IMG/VR virus record: IMGVR_UViG_3300045049_000286
Location: 43,981-107,980 of that record
Strand: one strand, 5' to 3'
DNA: 64,000 nucleotides
From: a virus
Shown: in pieces, positions 35,242-44,800 of the stretch
Position numbering within the stretch: position 1 is the first letter of the stretch
Layout: each line of letters begins with the position of its first letter
The notes under the pieces: model-generated
The model's database searches: none
What the model was told of the DNA's origin: nothing
The model's input: only the letters and a program-made list of their open reading frames with translations
Program-made: the position numbers and the translations under genes

Positions 35242-36729
35242 ATGGGGAGCACCGAACAGGCCGAGCGCAAGGCCCTCATCACCGACATCGTCGAGAAGGT
35301 CCTCATGGTGGTCGACGAGCTGTCAGGTCACCCATTGCGCCCGTATCAGAGGCCGTTCGCCGCACGGGTGATCGAGTCGCTGATCGTCGAGGACAGCGCC
35401 AAGATCACCGCCCTGTGGAGCCGGCAGTCCGGCAAGTCGGAGACAGTGGCCAACACCATCGCCGGATGCATGATCATGCTGCCCCGCCTCGCGAAGCTCT
35501 TCCCCGACATGCTGGACAAGTTCCGCGAGGGCCTGTGGGTGGGCGTCTTCGCCCCCACCGACGAGATGAGCGAGACCCTCTTCTCCCGCGTCGCCTCGCG
35601 CCTCACCTCCGACCGGGCCATGGAGATCTACGCCGACCCCGAGATCGACGAGAAGCTCGAAGGACGCGGCAAGGTCATCAAGATGAAGCGCTGCGGGTCG
35701 CTGGTGCGTAAGCAAACCGCGCACCCGAAGGCGGCCATCGAAGGCCAGACCTACCACATCGTGTTCATCGACGAGTGTCAGCAGGCGGACGAGAAAGTCG
35801 TCAACAAGTCCATCGCGCCGATGCTCACCGCGACCGCCGGCACGATGTGCATGACCGGCACGCCGACGTATCACAAGAGCGTCTTCTACGAGCAGATCAA
35901 GCTGAACAAGCGCAAGGCCATCAACACCCCGAACTCGGACCATTTCGAGGTCGCGTGGAAGGAAGTGGCCAAGCACTACCCGCGTTACGGCAAGTTCGTC
36001 CGCAGTGAGATGGACCGATTGGGCGAAGACAGTGACGAGTTCAAGTTGAGCTACCGCCTGGTGTGGATGCTCGACAAGGGAATGCTCGTCACCTCCGACC
36101 GGTTCGAGGCCCTCGGCGACACGTCCATGAAGACAGTGCCCGAGTTCCACAAGTCCCCCGTCATCGTCGGCATCGACCCCGCCCGCAAGACGGACTCCAC
36201 CGTGGTCACCGTCGTGTGGGTCAACTGGGACTACGCCGACGAATTCGGCCACTTCGAGCACCGCGTCCTCAACTGGCTCGACCTCACCGGCATGCACTGG
36301 GAAGAGCAGTACTTCCGGATCGTTGAGTTCCTCTCCCACTACAACGTCCACGCCATCGGCATCGACGCCGGCGGCCTCGGCGACGTCGTCTCCCAGCGCC
36401 TGCGCGTCCTCATGCCGTACGCCGACATACGCGACCTCAAGTCCGATCGCGGAGCCCAGACAAAGCGTTGGGGCCACATGATGGACCTCATGTCCAAGGG
36501 TCTTCTCGTGTGGCCGGCACACGCCAAGACCCGGCAGACCCGCAACTGGAAGAAGTTCCGCGCGCAGATGGAGGACGCGGAACTCAACTACGTGGGCCCG
36601 CACATCATCGTCGCCGCCCCGCAGGTCGACTCCGCGCACGACGACTACGTCGACTCCCTTTCCAACGCACTGTGGCTGACGGCCGAACTGCAGATGCCGA
36701 CCGCCGAGATCATCAACACTCCATGGTGA
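35242..36729 (+). CDS. terL: terminase large subunit
   Basis: RPYQ, Walker A SRQSGKS, Walker B VFIDE, TGT, nuclease GIDPA...D...HDDYVDS. Confidence 0.95.
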   Translation: MGSTEQAERKALITDIVEKVLMVVDELSGHPLRPYQRPFAARVIESLIVEDSAKITALWSRQSGKSETVANTIAGCMIMLPRLAKLFPDMLDKFREGLWVGVFAPTDEMSETLFSRVASRLTSDRAMEIYADPEIDEKLEGRGKVIKMKRCGSLVRKQTAHPKAAIEGQTYHIVFIDECQQADEKVVNKSIAPMLTATAGTMCMTGTPTYHKSVFYEQIKLNKRKAINTPNSDHFEVAWKEVAKHYPRYGKFVRSEMDRLGEDSDEFKLSYRLVWMLDKGMLVTSDRFEALGDTSMKTVPEFHKSPVIVGIDPARKTDSTVVTVVWVNWDYADEFGHFEHRVLNWLDLTGMHWEEQYFRIVEFLSHYNVHAIGIDAGGLGDVVSQRLRVLMPYADIRDLKSDRGAQTKRWGHMMDLMSKGLLVWPAHAKTRQTRNWKKFRAQMEDAELNYVGPHIIVAAPQVDSAHDDYVDSLSNALWLTAELQMPTAEIINTPW

Positions 36730-36797
36730 TTATCCGGCCCGAAATGCCGCTTCCTACGGTCCCGGTTCAAGACGTCTTGAACAGGAGGCCAACCCAC

Positions 36798-37193
36798 ATG
36801 GCCACATCCCCCCTCGCTCCGGACCCGGAGTTCCGCGAGAGCGCGGACCGCTTCTACGAGACGAAGACCGGCAACAACACCGCCCGCCGAGGCCCCCTGC
36901 GCTTCCAGGAAGGCTTGGGAAGCGACACCGATGTGCCGTCGGAGTTCGCGCGGGGCGCCATGCAGGGCTACGTCACCCCGCCCGGCCGCGCCAACCACAA
37001 CATGAACGTCTTCGAGAAGCCCCCGGCGGAGACCATGCGCGAGCGCGCCCACGTCGGCTCCGCCTCGTGGCCCGAGGCTCCCACCTACCTGTCCGAGTAC
37101 GCCGCCGGCGCCTCCGAGGCCGAGCAGAAGTACCTGCAGGTCGACCGGGGCGAGGGCCACCACAACCGCCACAACTACGCCCGGGTGGACTGA
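36798..37193 (+). CDS. conserved phage protein between terminase and portal
   Basis: AGGAGG RBS; RRGPLRFQEG...RERAHVGSASW. Confidence 0.85.
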   Translation: MATSPLAPDPEFRESADRFYETKTGNNTARRGPLRFQEGLGSDTDVPSEFARGAMQGYVTPPGRANHNMNVFEKPPAETMRERAHVGSASWPEAPTYLSEYAAGASEAEQKYLQVDRGEGHHNRHNYARVD

Positions 37194-37195
37194 GC

Positions 37196-37939
37196 ATGCC
37201 GGGTACGCCCACCCCGTTCGCAGGTCTCCCCCAGCCAGCCGAGGGAGACCTGCCGGACGTGCCGCACGACATCGGGGCCCTGGCTACCCGCGTAGACACC
37301 GTCCTCGCGCTGCTGTGCCAGAACACCTCCGGTTCGCCGGCAACGATGCCGACCACGGCGCAGAACCTGCTCGGTGTCGGCCCCTCGATCTCCTCCCTGC
37401 AGTCCACCCAGTCCACCCAGGCAGGGCAGATCACCACCCTGCAGGGCCAGGTCTCCACGCTGCAGACCAACACCGCGATCCTCGCGAACACCCCCCAGGT
37501 CAAGCAGCACCAGCCAAGCAGCAGCGTCACCGTAGCCAGTACCGGCATCATCAACGTGGACAACGTCACCCTGCCCACGGCCTCCTACAAGCGGCTGATG
37601 ATCTGCAACATCACCGTCCAGGCCGGCTGGACCGACTACGCCACCAAGACCCCGCTGTCGCTCCAGGTCTACGGCAACATCAACAGCCAGCCGATCTCCT
37701 TGCCAGCCATCGGCGGCCCCAGCGTGCCCGTCCAGGCCATCCAGACCAGCTTCATGTGCACCGTGCCCGCCGGGAACTCGACCTCGGACTACGTCCAATA
37801 CAACGTCCAGGTCGACCCCTACACCACGCCCCCGTCCGGGAAGTCGTTCCAGAGCTTCACCGGCCCCGGCGGAAGCCTCCTGCAGATGATCTTCATCCCC
37901 TGGAGCAACGGCCCCGACCTGATCATGCCGCACTACTGA
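37196..37939 (+). CDS. putative virion fibre-like protein
   Basis: DLPDVPHDIGALA N-terminus, heptad segment, beta-rich C-domain. Confidence 0.7.
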   Translation: MPGTPTPFAGLPQPAEGDLPDVPHDIGALATRVDTVLALLCQNTSGSPATMPTTAQNLLGVGPSISSLQSTQSTQAGQITTLQGQVSTLQTNTAILANTPQVKQHQPSSSVTVASTGIINVDNVTLPTASYKRLMICNITVQAGWTDYATKTPLSLQVYGNINSQPISLPAIGGPSVPVQAIQTSFMCTVPAGNSTSDYVQYNVQVDPYTTPPSGKSFQSFTGPGGSLLQMIFIPWSNGPDLIMPHY

Positions 37940-37975
37940 GCCGTCGCATTCGGAACCAGGAAGGGAGGTGATGCC

Positions 37976-39700
37976 ATGTCGATCGCCTTTGTCTCGCCGA
38001 GCATGAGGGCCGCCGCAAGCGACCTCACCGTCTCCGTCAGCCCCCTCGGGCTGGTGGAACTCGCAGACGAGGAGTTCGAGTTAGGTAGGTACACGGACCA
38101 CGCCTGACCCGCTACGCTAACCACTGGGCGTTCTACCTCGGCTACCACTGGGCCTACAAGCGTGAGGCCGGCGAGCCGAACATCACCGTGAACTACACCG
38201 GCGCCCTGTCCCGGTACATAACGAACTTCACCTTCGGACGCGGCGTCAACTTCATGTCCGACAAGAAGTTCGAGCACATCATCCCTGCCCTCCTCGACCG
38301 CGCCTGGACCGTCGACAACGACAAGAAGTCCACGCTGTGGCAGATGGGCGAGAACGGCTCCGTCGCGGGCGACTGCTTCGTCAAGATTGCCTACGAAGCC
38401 CCCTGGCAAGACCCGGCAGGAGGTGATCACCCCGGACGAGTGAGGATTCTGCCGCTGAACGCGGCGCAGTGCTTCCCTGAGTACCACCCCCACGACCGGG
38501 ACCGATTACCGCCTCCTCCGGTTCAAGCTCAAGTACAAGTTCTGGGGGACGAGCCTCGAAGGCACCCGCCAGGTGTACACCTACACCGAGATCATCACCG
38601 ACGAGTACATCGAGGAGTACGTCAACGACGAACTGCTCGACGCCCGTGACAACCCCCTCGGCGCCATCCCGATCGTACACATCCGCAACATCTCCATCTC
38701 CGGCTCGCCGTGGGGACTCGCGGACATCGTCGACCTCATCCCGCTGAACCGAGAGTTCAACGAAAAGGCGACCGAGATATCGGACATCGTCAACTACCAT
38801 GCCGCCCCGCTGACCATCGTCACCGGCGCCAAAGTTTCACAGCTTGAGCGCGGCGCCAAGAAGGTCATCGGGGGCCTCCCGAAAGACGCCAACGTCTTCA
38901 ACCTGGAGAACGGCGTCGACCTCAACGGGCCTCTCGCCTACCTCGACCTCATCAAGAGGGCGATGCACGAGCTGACCGGCGTCCCCGAGACCGCACTCGG
39001 CATGGCACAGCCGATCTCCAACACCTCCGGGGTGGCTCTCCAAATCCAGTTCCTGCCGCTCATGAACCGGTACGAACTCAAGAAGGTCAACTACACCCTC
39101 GGCCTCAAGCGCATCAACGAACTGATCCTGCGCACGCTCTTCCTCTACGAGCCGAACACCCTGCGCTACGACCCCGACTCCCAGGGCATGAAGACGCAGG
39201 ACGACCAGCCCGACGTCCTCGACCCAGCCGACCCGGCCGTCTACAACGTCGACATCGACTGGCCGCCACCGCTGCCCATCGACCAGCTCGTCAAGCTCAA
39301 CGAGATCCAGGCCAAGCTCGCCCTCGGCCTGGAATCCAAGCGCGGCGCGCTCCGCGAACTCGGCGTCGAGTTCGTCGACGAGAAGATGTCCGAGATCTTC
39401 GACGAGCAACTGCGCGAGGCGAAGGAGGAAGGCGCGCTCGAACTTATTCGGGCGGAAATAACCTCTGCCATCCTCCAGGCCACCGGGGTTACTCCTGACG
39501 GAGAAACTCCGACACCTGCTGCGAGCGCCACCGGCGCCTCTTCTGGAGGCAGTGCCGGCACGGAAGGCGCAGGACCCCTTCCCGGTCTCCCCGGAGTCGG
39601 GGGGACAACGGACACACAGTCGATGCTGAACGAACTCACGACCCTGTCCAAGGGCACCAAACTCGCCCAGTACAGGAATCCGGACAAAAACTCGGACTGA
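37976..39700 (+). CDS. portal protein in three segments (37976-38080, 38089-38505, 38513-39700; 569 aa joined) separated by two TTA-initiated gaps
   Basis: GGAGG RBS at ATG 37976; joined reading SPLGLVELADEEFE|VHGPRLTRY...HPHDRDR|LLRFKLKYKFWG; portal-like IPIVHIRN...WGLADI and SNTSGVAL; lies between terL and scaffold. Confidence 0.88.
38078..38091 (+). other. candidate translational bypass site 1 (GAG / TTAGGTAG / GTA)
   Basis: 8-nt gap begins with in-frame TTA and ends with TAG (2/3 match to take-off GAG). Confidence 0.7.
38503..38515 (+). other. candidate translational bypass site 2 (CGA / TTACCGC / CTC)
   Basis: 7-nt gap begins with in-frame TTA and ends with CGC, read by the same tRNA-Arg(ICG) as take-off CGA. 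Confidence 0.75.
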
Positions 39701-39722
39701 AACCCACGTCTAAGGAAAGCAA

Positions 39723-40553
39723 GTGGAACCCCAGAGCACTGAGACCCAGCCGCCGGCCACGTTCACCGCGACCAGCATCCCCACCACCGCATGGAACGGC
39801 GGACCGACCCTCGGCACCGCCACCAGCACCGCACCCCAGACCTTCACGGCACAGGACATGGAACGGGCCCGCCAGGAGGAGAAGGAGAAGCTCTACGGCC
39901 GCCTCACCAAGGCCGAAGAGCGCGCCGCAGCGGTGGAGCAGGAGATGGCCCGCTGGAAGGCCGAGGCCGACCAGCGCGAAGCCGAGCGACAGGCCAAGCT
40001 CAACGAGAAGGCCCAGCGCAAGCAGGCCAAGCTCGCCGAGAAGGCCGAGCGCGACCGCGCCGCCGCCGAGGCCGACATGAGCGCCCGCCAGCTCCTCGCG
40101 GAGCGAACCCGGGAGTTCGAGGAGCGCTTCCAGTCCATGGAGGCGCGCCAGGCCGCCGAGAAGGCCGCGCTGGCGAAGGAGGCCGAGTTCAACCGACTCA
40201 GCGCCTACATCCAGCAGCGGATCAACCAGGAGGCGGGCAGCATCGCCCCCCAGCTCATCGACCTGATCTCCGGCGACACGCAGGAGGAAGTCGACCGCTC
40301 CATCGAGCTGATGAAGGCCAAGACCGCCGAGATCGTGCAGTCCGTCGCCAACGGACAGGCGCAGAACCGCGCACAGCTTCGGGGAACCGCGCCCACGGGC
40401 TTCACCGCGAACGGGCCAGTGGACTCCGAGAACAACTCCCAGCAGCTCACCGCCGAGCAGATCGCAGCGATGCCCATGCGGGAATTCGCTCGATACCGGG
40501 GTCAGCTCCTGGGGGCTGCGTCGAGGTCCGGCAATCGCGGGCTCTTCGACTAA
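39723..40553 (+). CDS. capsid scaffolding protein
   Basis: Coiled coil, ARQEEKEKLY, directly upstream of capsid gene. Confidence 0.85.
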   Translation: MEPQSTETQPPATFTATSIPTTAWNGGPTLGTATSTAPQTFTAQDMERARQEEKEKLYGRLTKAEERAAAVEQEMARWKAEADQREAERQAKLNEKAQRKQAKLAEKAERDRAAAEADMSARQLLAERTREFEERFQSMEARQAAEKAALAKEAEFNRLSAYIQQRINQEAGSIAPQLIDLISGDTQEEVDRSIELMKAKTAEIVQSVANGQAQNRAQLRGTAPTGFTANGPVDSENNSQQLTAEQIAAMPMREFARYRGQLLGAASRSGNRGLFD

Positions 40554-40583
40554 GACCCATCACCCAGAGAAAGGCTGCCGCAC

Positions 40584-42013
40584 ATGGCATCCGGAATCAC
40601 GGGGACTCCGCTTCTGTCCCCGACCCCGACGGCGTACACCGCGTCGTCCTCGTCGATGCTCACGCCGGCGATCCAGACCATCTGGTCCAAGGAGATCCTC
40701 AAGGGTTAAGGGGACCTCGTGCGGTGACGTACGAGTAAACACCACGCTGTATCGGTGAACCCCTCCAAGAGCACGTCAGGGGAATACCGAGGGAACCCTC
40801 ACCGGGGACTCCGTAGAGACTACACGCGAGGCATCTCCAACGAGGCCGGCCGAACGGTGACGTAGGTCGGGGACTCACACGGACTGGGAGATGAAGATAT
40901 AGTCCGGTCTGCACTCGATGGCAAAGGTGCAGAGCCAGGCAGAAATGACCTGGCCCCAACTGATCGGCTTGGGTAACAAACCGCTTCCAGGCAATGCCGA
41001 TCCTGCGGTTCGAGCAGTTCATGGTCAAGAAGACCGAACTCGGAACCGCGCCCGGCCTGTCCGTGAACTTCATGAGGTATCGGGCGCTCGATGGGGCTCA
41101 GCAGCTCGTCGAGGGCGTCCGCATGGAGACCCACGCGCTGACGGCCGAGCAGATCACCATCACGGTCGCCGAGCAGGGCTTCGCGGTCGCCGTGACGGAG
41201 CTTCTCCTCAACTCCAGCTTCGACGACGTGATGGCGAGCGCAGCCCGCCTCCTGGGCCGCAACATGGCCACCTACCTCGACGGGCAGTGCCGCGACACCC
41301 TCCTGGGTGCCCCGTCGGTGCTCTACGGCTACGACAAGCTCGCGTCGTGGGCGGCCGGCGAGACCCGCACTCCTCTGTCCCCGTACGACCGTGGCATGTT
41401 CGCCGACTCCGAGGCGACCATGACCACGAACGGCGGCTTCTACTTCACGGCGGCGCTCGTCAAGGACGCCGTAGAAACTTTGGCCACGAAGAATGTCCCG
41501 CGACTCGGCGAGACGTACGTGGCCTTCGTGCACCCACACCAGAGCCGCCGCCTTCGTGACGACCCGGAGTTCATCGAGGTCACCAAGTACGCGGCGCCCG
41601 GCAATTTCATGCTGGGTGAGATCGGCCGGCTCAACGACGTCGTCTTCATCGAGACGACCCAGGTGTTCCAGGGCACGTTCAACCCGCCGCCGCCCACCAC
41701 CCAGCTCGGCACGACCATTCCGGTCGGCAACAGCCAGGTGTGGCAGGGGCAGCCTGCGCGGACGGCTTCCGGTTCGATTCCGGCGATTCCTGCGGTGACG
41801 CAGGTTCCGTCGAACCCGAACGCCCCGACCAACTCCATCTACCGCGCTCTCGTCATCGGCGACAACGCGGCCGGCCACGCGATTTCGCTGCCGGTGGAGC
41901 TGCGCGATGGCGGCGTGCTCGACTTCGGCCGTGAGCACGCGCTGGCGTGGTACTCGATCTGGGGCCTCGGCCTCATCACGGACTACGCCGTCGTGCAGTG
42001 CGCGACGAACTGA
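40584..42013 (+). CDS. major capsid protein, two exons (40584-40699 and 40984-42013; 381 aa spliced)
   Basis: AAAGG RBS; spliced IQTIWSKEIL|FQAMPILRFEQF; N4-gp56-like motifs YVAFVHP, GEIGRL..V.FIET, DFGR...AWY. Confidence 0.92.
40700..40983 (+). mobile_element. group I self-splicing intron, 284 nt, no homing endonuclease ORF
   Basis: 5' exon ends in U with U-G in P1 (UCCUC/GGGGA 40710-14), terminal G 40983, P2 with GUGA loop, P4 UCGGU/ACCGA, R AGAGACUAC 40815-23, S AAGAUAUAGUCC 40894-905, P8 CAUCUCC/GGAGAUG, three P9 hairpins. Confidence 0.93.
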
Positions 42014-42030
42014 TTCGGGTACAAATTCGT

Positions 42031-42056
42031 GGGGCGCAGACTCCGCTCTGCGCCCC
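42031..42056 (+). terminator. hairpin after capsid gene
   Basis: GGGGCGCAGA-CTCCGC-TCTGCGCCCC. Confidence 0.55.
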
Positions 42057-42081
42057 GCCCCCAATTCGCTAGGAGAAACAG

Positions 42082-42480
42082 ATGGTCGCGTCTCCGCGTT
42101 CCAAGCCCAACCCGAAGGACTTCACCGGCAACCGCAAGCGCATCCTCGCCGAGCAGCACCGTGAGGAGCTGCTGGAGAAGCAGGCTCAGCTCTCCATGCG
42201 GACGCAGGTGATGCAGGAGAACCTGGACACGCCGATCGACGTGCTGACAGGTCTTCCCGTGGAGGGCGCCGCGTCGGCGCCGGTCGACGGTGACGACGAC
42301 GTGGCCACGCCGGTGTACGTGGCTCCCGAGTTCGCGACCATCCGCGTCGCGTGCGACCTGGAGAAAGTGACGATCGGCCAGGGGAAGGTCTACGAGTTCC
42401 GGGAGGGCCAGGTCTACCGGGTGCCGTACAACGTGGCGGTTCACCTGTGGAACCTGGGATACGTCTGGCAGTGGCTCTAA
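42082..42480 (+). CDS. hypothetical head-module protein
   Basis: AGGAG RBS; YEFREGQVYRVP..VA.HL...GYVW. Confidence 0.8.
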   Translation: MVASPRSKPNPKDFTGNRKRILAEQHREELLEKQAQLSMRTQVMQENLDTPIDVLTGLPVEGAASAPVDGDDDVATPVYVAPEFATIRVACDLEKVTIGQGKVYEFREGQVYRVPYNVAVHLWNLGYVWQWL

Positions 42481-42493
42481 GGGAGGCAGTGCC

Positions 42494-42847
42494 GTGGCGC
42501 GTGCGCCGAAGTCCCTCAAGGACGTGGACAAGCAGCCCGTGGTCGGCGGCTGGTACCGGCTGCTGGAGCCGATCGGCTCTGGGCCCGGTCACCTGTCGGT
42601 GACGCATTTCGCCGGCGAGGAGGAGCGGGAGCGGCACGTTCAGGTCGTCGCCATCCCCGAGCCAGGGACGGCCGGCACCGGGCGCGTGTCGGAGGCGTCG
42701 CCGCTGGTGCGCTGGTTCCAGCACACCCCCGAGGGCGTCTGTGAGCACATCTCGCAGGTGCCGATGGAGATGTTCCGTGCGCGGGTAGCGCCTGGCCAGG
42801 AGCCGCCTGAGCACGAGGTCGTCGAGGCCCGTAAGAGAGGTGCCTGA
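42494..42847 (+). CDS. hypothetical protein
   Basis: GGAGG RBS. Confidence 0.75.
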   Translation: MARAPKSLKDVDKQPVVGGWYRLLEPIGSGPGHLSVTHFAGEEERERHVQVVAIPEPGTAGTGRVSEASPLVRWFQHTPEGVCEHISQVPMEMFRARVAPGQEPPEHEVVEARKRGA

Positions 42848-43320
42848 TGTCGGGGTTCATCGCGATGCAGGGCTGCCTGTCGGACCTGTCCTATCTGGTG
42901 GGGCAGTCCACGCCGCTGGCTGCGGAGTGGGCGGCCAAGACGGCGGCCGGCGATCCCAACCCCATGACGACCTACCTGATGCTGCTGTCGGCCGCGCCGA
43001 CGGACTCAGGCAGTGACATGGGCACCTTGGCGGGGATCGAGGTCACCGGCACCGGGTACGCGCGGCAGCCGGTGTCGTGGGCGTCGCCGGTGTCGACGAC
43101 CCGGTCGATCGCGAACGGGCTGCTGACGCAGTTCGGGCCGTTCACGGACGCGAGCGGGTTGAACCTGCCCGTGATGGGGGCGGCGCTGGTAACCCGGGCG
43201 ACCGGAACCTCCGGCATCTCGCTGATGCTGTGGAGTTTGGCCAGTGGTTTGACCACTGCACAAAACCAGGTCCTGCAGGTCGCGGCCGGCAACCTGGTGA
43301 TGACTCTCGCGACGAGCTGA
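42847..43320 (+). CDS. virion structural protein
   Basis: YLMLLSAAP...EVTGTGYARQPVSW...AAGNL motif typical of small phage structural proteins. Confidence 0.75.
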   Translation: MSGFIAMQGCLSDLSYLVGQSTPLAAEWAAKTAAGDPNPMTTYLMLLSAAPTDSGSDMGTLAGIEVTGTGYARQPVSWASPVSTTRSIANGLLTQFGPFTDASGLNLPVMGAALVTRATGTSGISLMLWSLASGLTTAQNQVLQVAAGNLVMTLATS

Positions 43321-43322
43321 GC

Positions 43323-44165
43323 ATGGCTGACTATGCGAACCTGATCACCCGTATCCGCAGCGAGGTCGGCGACTTCGGGTCGCCGTTCGTCGACACCTTC
43401 CTCGGCGCGGACGAGCTGTCCTCCTACGACCTGTCGCAGGTCAACGTGTCGCAGTGCACGGCCACGGTGTCGGCCGGCGACCCGCCGGCGGCCGTGGTGC
43501 TGCGGCCTGGGCAGGACTACTTCCTGGACGCGCACGAGGGCCGGATCGTGTTGTCGAACCCGGCGTACTCGCCGCTCCACCAGGGCCAGACGCTGCGGGT
43601 CACCGGCATGGCCGAGGGCATGTTCTCGGACAGCGACCTGCACCAGTACATCGACGACGCTTTCGCCCAACACACCTACGGGCGCACCATCCAGACGCGG
43701 TACAAGGACCAGTACGGTTTCATCCGCTACACCGACGCGCCGATGACGCTGGCGACGCTGCCGGCGGTGGAGACGCCGCTGGTGGCGTACCTGGCGACGA
43801 TCAACGTGCTGTGGACGCTGGCGACGGACGCGGCCACCGACATCGACATCTCGACGGCAGAGGGCACCTTCGTCGCCCGGTCGCAGCGGTACCGGCAGCT
43901 CATGGAGCACATCGGCACGCCGACGACCGGGCTGCAGGGCCGGTACAACCAGCTCGCCGAGCAGCTCAACGTGGGCCTGTCGCGGATCGAGGTGTTCACG
44001 ATGCGCAGGGTGTCGCGGACGACGAACCGGCTGGTGCCCGTGTTCAAGGACCGGGAGTACGACGACGCGTCCATGCCGGTGCGGCTGCTGCCGCCGATCG
44101 ACGGCGCCGAGATCGAGGACCACTCGGGGATTCCGTCCCCGCTCATGCCTGGCGTCTGGGGGTAG
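43323..44165 (+). CDS. putative head-tail adaptor
   Basis: LITRIRSEVGD...LATDAA.DIDI...RSQRYRQL; position after capsid. Confidence 0.7.
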   Translation: MADYANLITRIRSEVGDFGSPFVDTFLGADELSSYDLSQVNVSQCTATVSAGDPPAAVVLRPGQDYFLDAHEGRIVLSNPAYSPLHQGQTLRVTGMAEGMFSDSDLHQYIDDAFAQHTYGRTIQTRYKDQYGFIRYTDAPMTLATLPAVETPLVAYLATINVLWTLATDAATDIDISTAEGTFVARSQRYRQLMEHIGTPTTGLQGRYNQLAEQLNVGLSRIEVFTMRRVSRTTNRLVPVFKDREYDDASMPVRLLPPIDGAEIEDHSGIPSPLMPGVWG

Positions 44166-44167
44166 CC

Positions 44168-44800
44168 ATGTGGTCTCGACTGGACTGGAAGCGCGGCCGG
44201 TTCAACGTGAACTCCGAGACGACGTTCATCCATCGCGGGCTTCGCGGGTGGCAGCGCGGCTGGGGCGACTCGATCACGTACTGGCGCTACGAGGATGACC
44301 TGTCGGCGGAGAACATGCACCCTGTCTACGACGAGGCGACCGGCGCTGGGAAGGTCTTCTACGGGGCGTGGCAGATCCCGGTCTTGCACGTGAACCACAA
44401 CGAGGCGACTGACACGGAGCCGCGCGACGCTGGTCTGTACGTGACGGATTCGCTGGAGGTGGTGTGCGAGTTCGACCAGCTCATGCGGATCGGGCTGTCG
44501 GAGGTCGATCTCAAGCACGGCGTGTTCCAGCGTGACCGCATCACCTACGACAACCTCGTCTTCGGGGTGCGGCATGTGGACATCCAGGGTCAGATGCGGC
44601 GCCGTGATGTGATCGTGACGATTTCCGCGACGCAGCTCATGAACGATGAGATCGTCAACGACCCACAGTTCAAGGACTACCTGGACGACGTGAACTTCGA
44701 CAACAGCTTCACGAAGTCGACGTTCACGAAGCCTGCGTCTTCGATGCCCAAGGGGCCGACGCACGGGGCGAGCTACCACGACCAGGGGACCTGGCACTGA
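44168..44800 (+). CDS. putative head closure/neck protein
   Basis: PVYDE...DRITYDNLVF; position. Confidence 0.65.
   Translation: MWSRLDWKRGRFNVNSETTFIHRGLRGWQRGWGDSITYWRYEDDLSAENMHPVYDEATGAGKVFYGAWQIPVLHVNHNEATDTEPRDAGLYVTDSLEVVCEFDQLMRIGLSEVDLKHGVFQRDRITYDNLVFGVRHVDIQGQMRRRDVIVTISATQLMNDEIVNDPQFKDYLDDVNFDNSFTKSTFTKPASSMPKGPTHGASYHDQGTWH

Noticed and set aside
35242-36729. Intein or TTA gap in terminase
   Set aside because: Continuous 495-aa ORF with normal motif spacing; the TTA at 35985 is out of frame
38081-38512. Portal gaps as micro-introns excised in trans by the capsid-gene ribozyme (site 2 TTACCG|C resembles the intron end AAACCG|C)
   Set aside because: No convincing pairing to the intron guide GGGGA. 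The U...G registers would change or add a residue. The shared in-frame TTA plus landing codon explains both sites more simply. Not fully excluded without RT-PCR.
37976-39700. Portal as a pseudogene or sequencing error
   Set aside because: Two independent multi-base inserts both starting with the rarest codon in frame, in otherwise intact coding sequence, is unlikely by chance. Read check still advised.
40700-40983. Homing endonuclease within the intron
   Set aside because: Intron is only 284 nt with no suitable ORF; nothing links the HNH-like gene at 29038 to it
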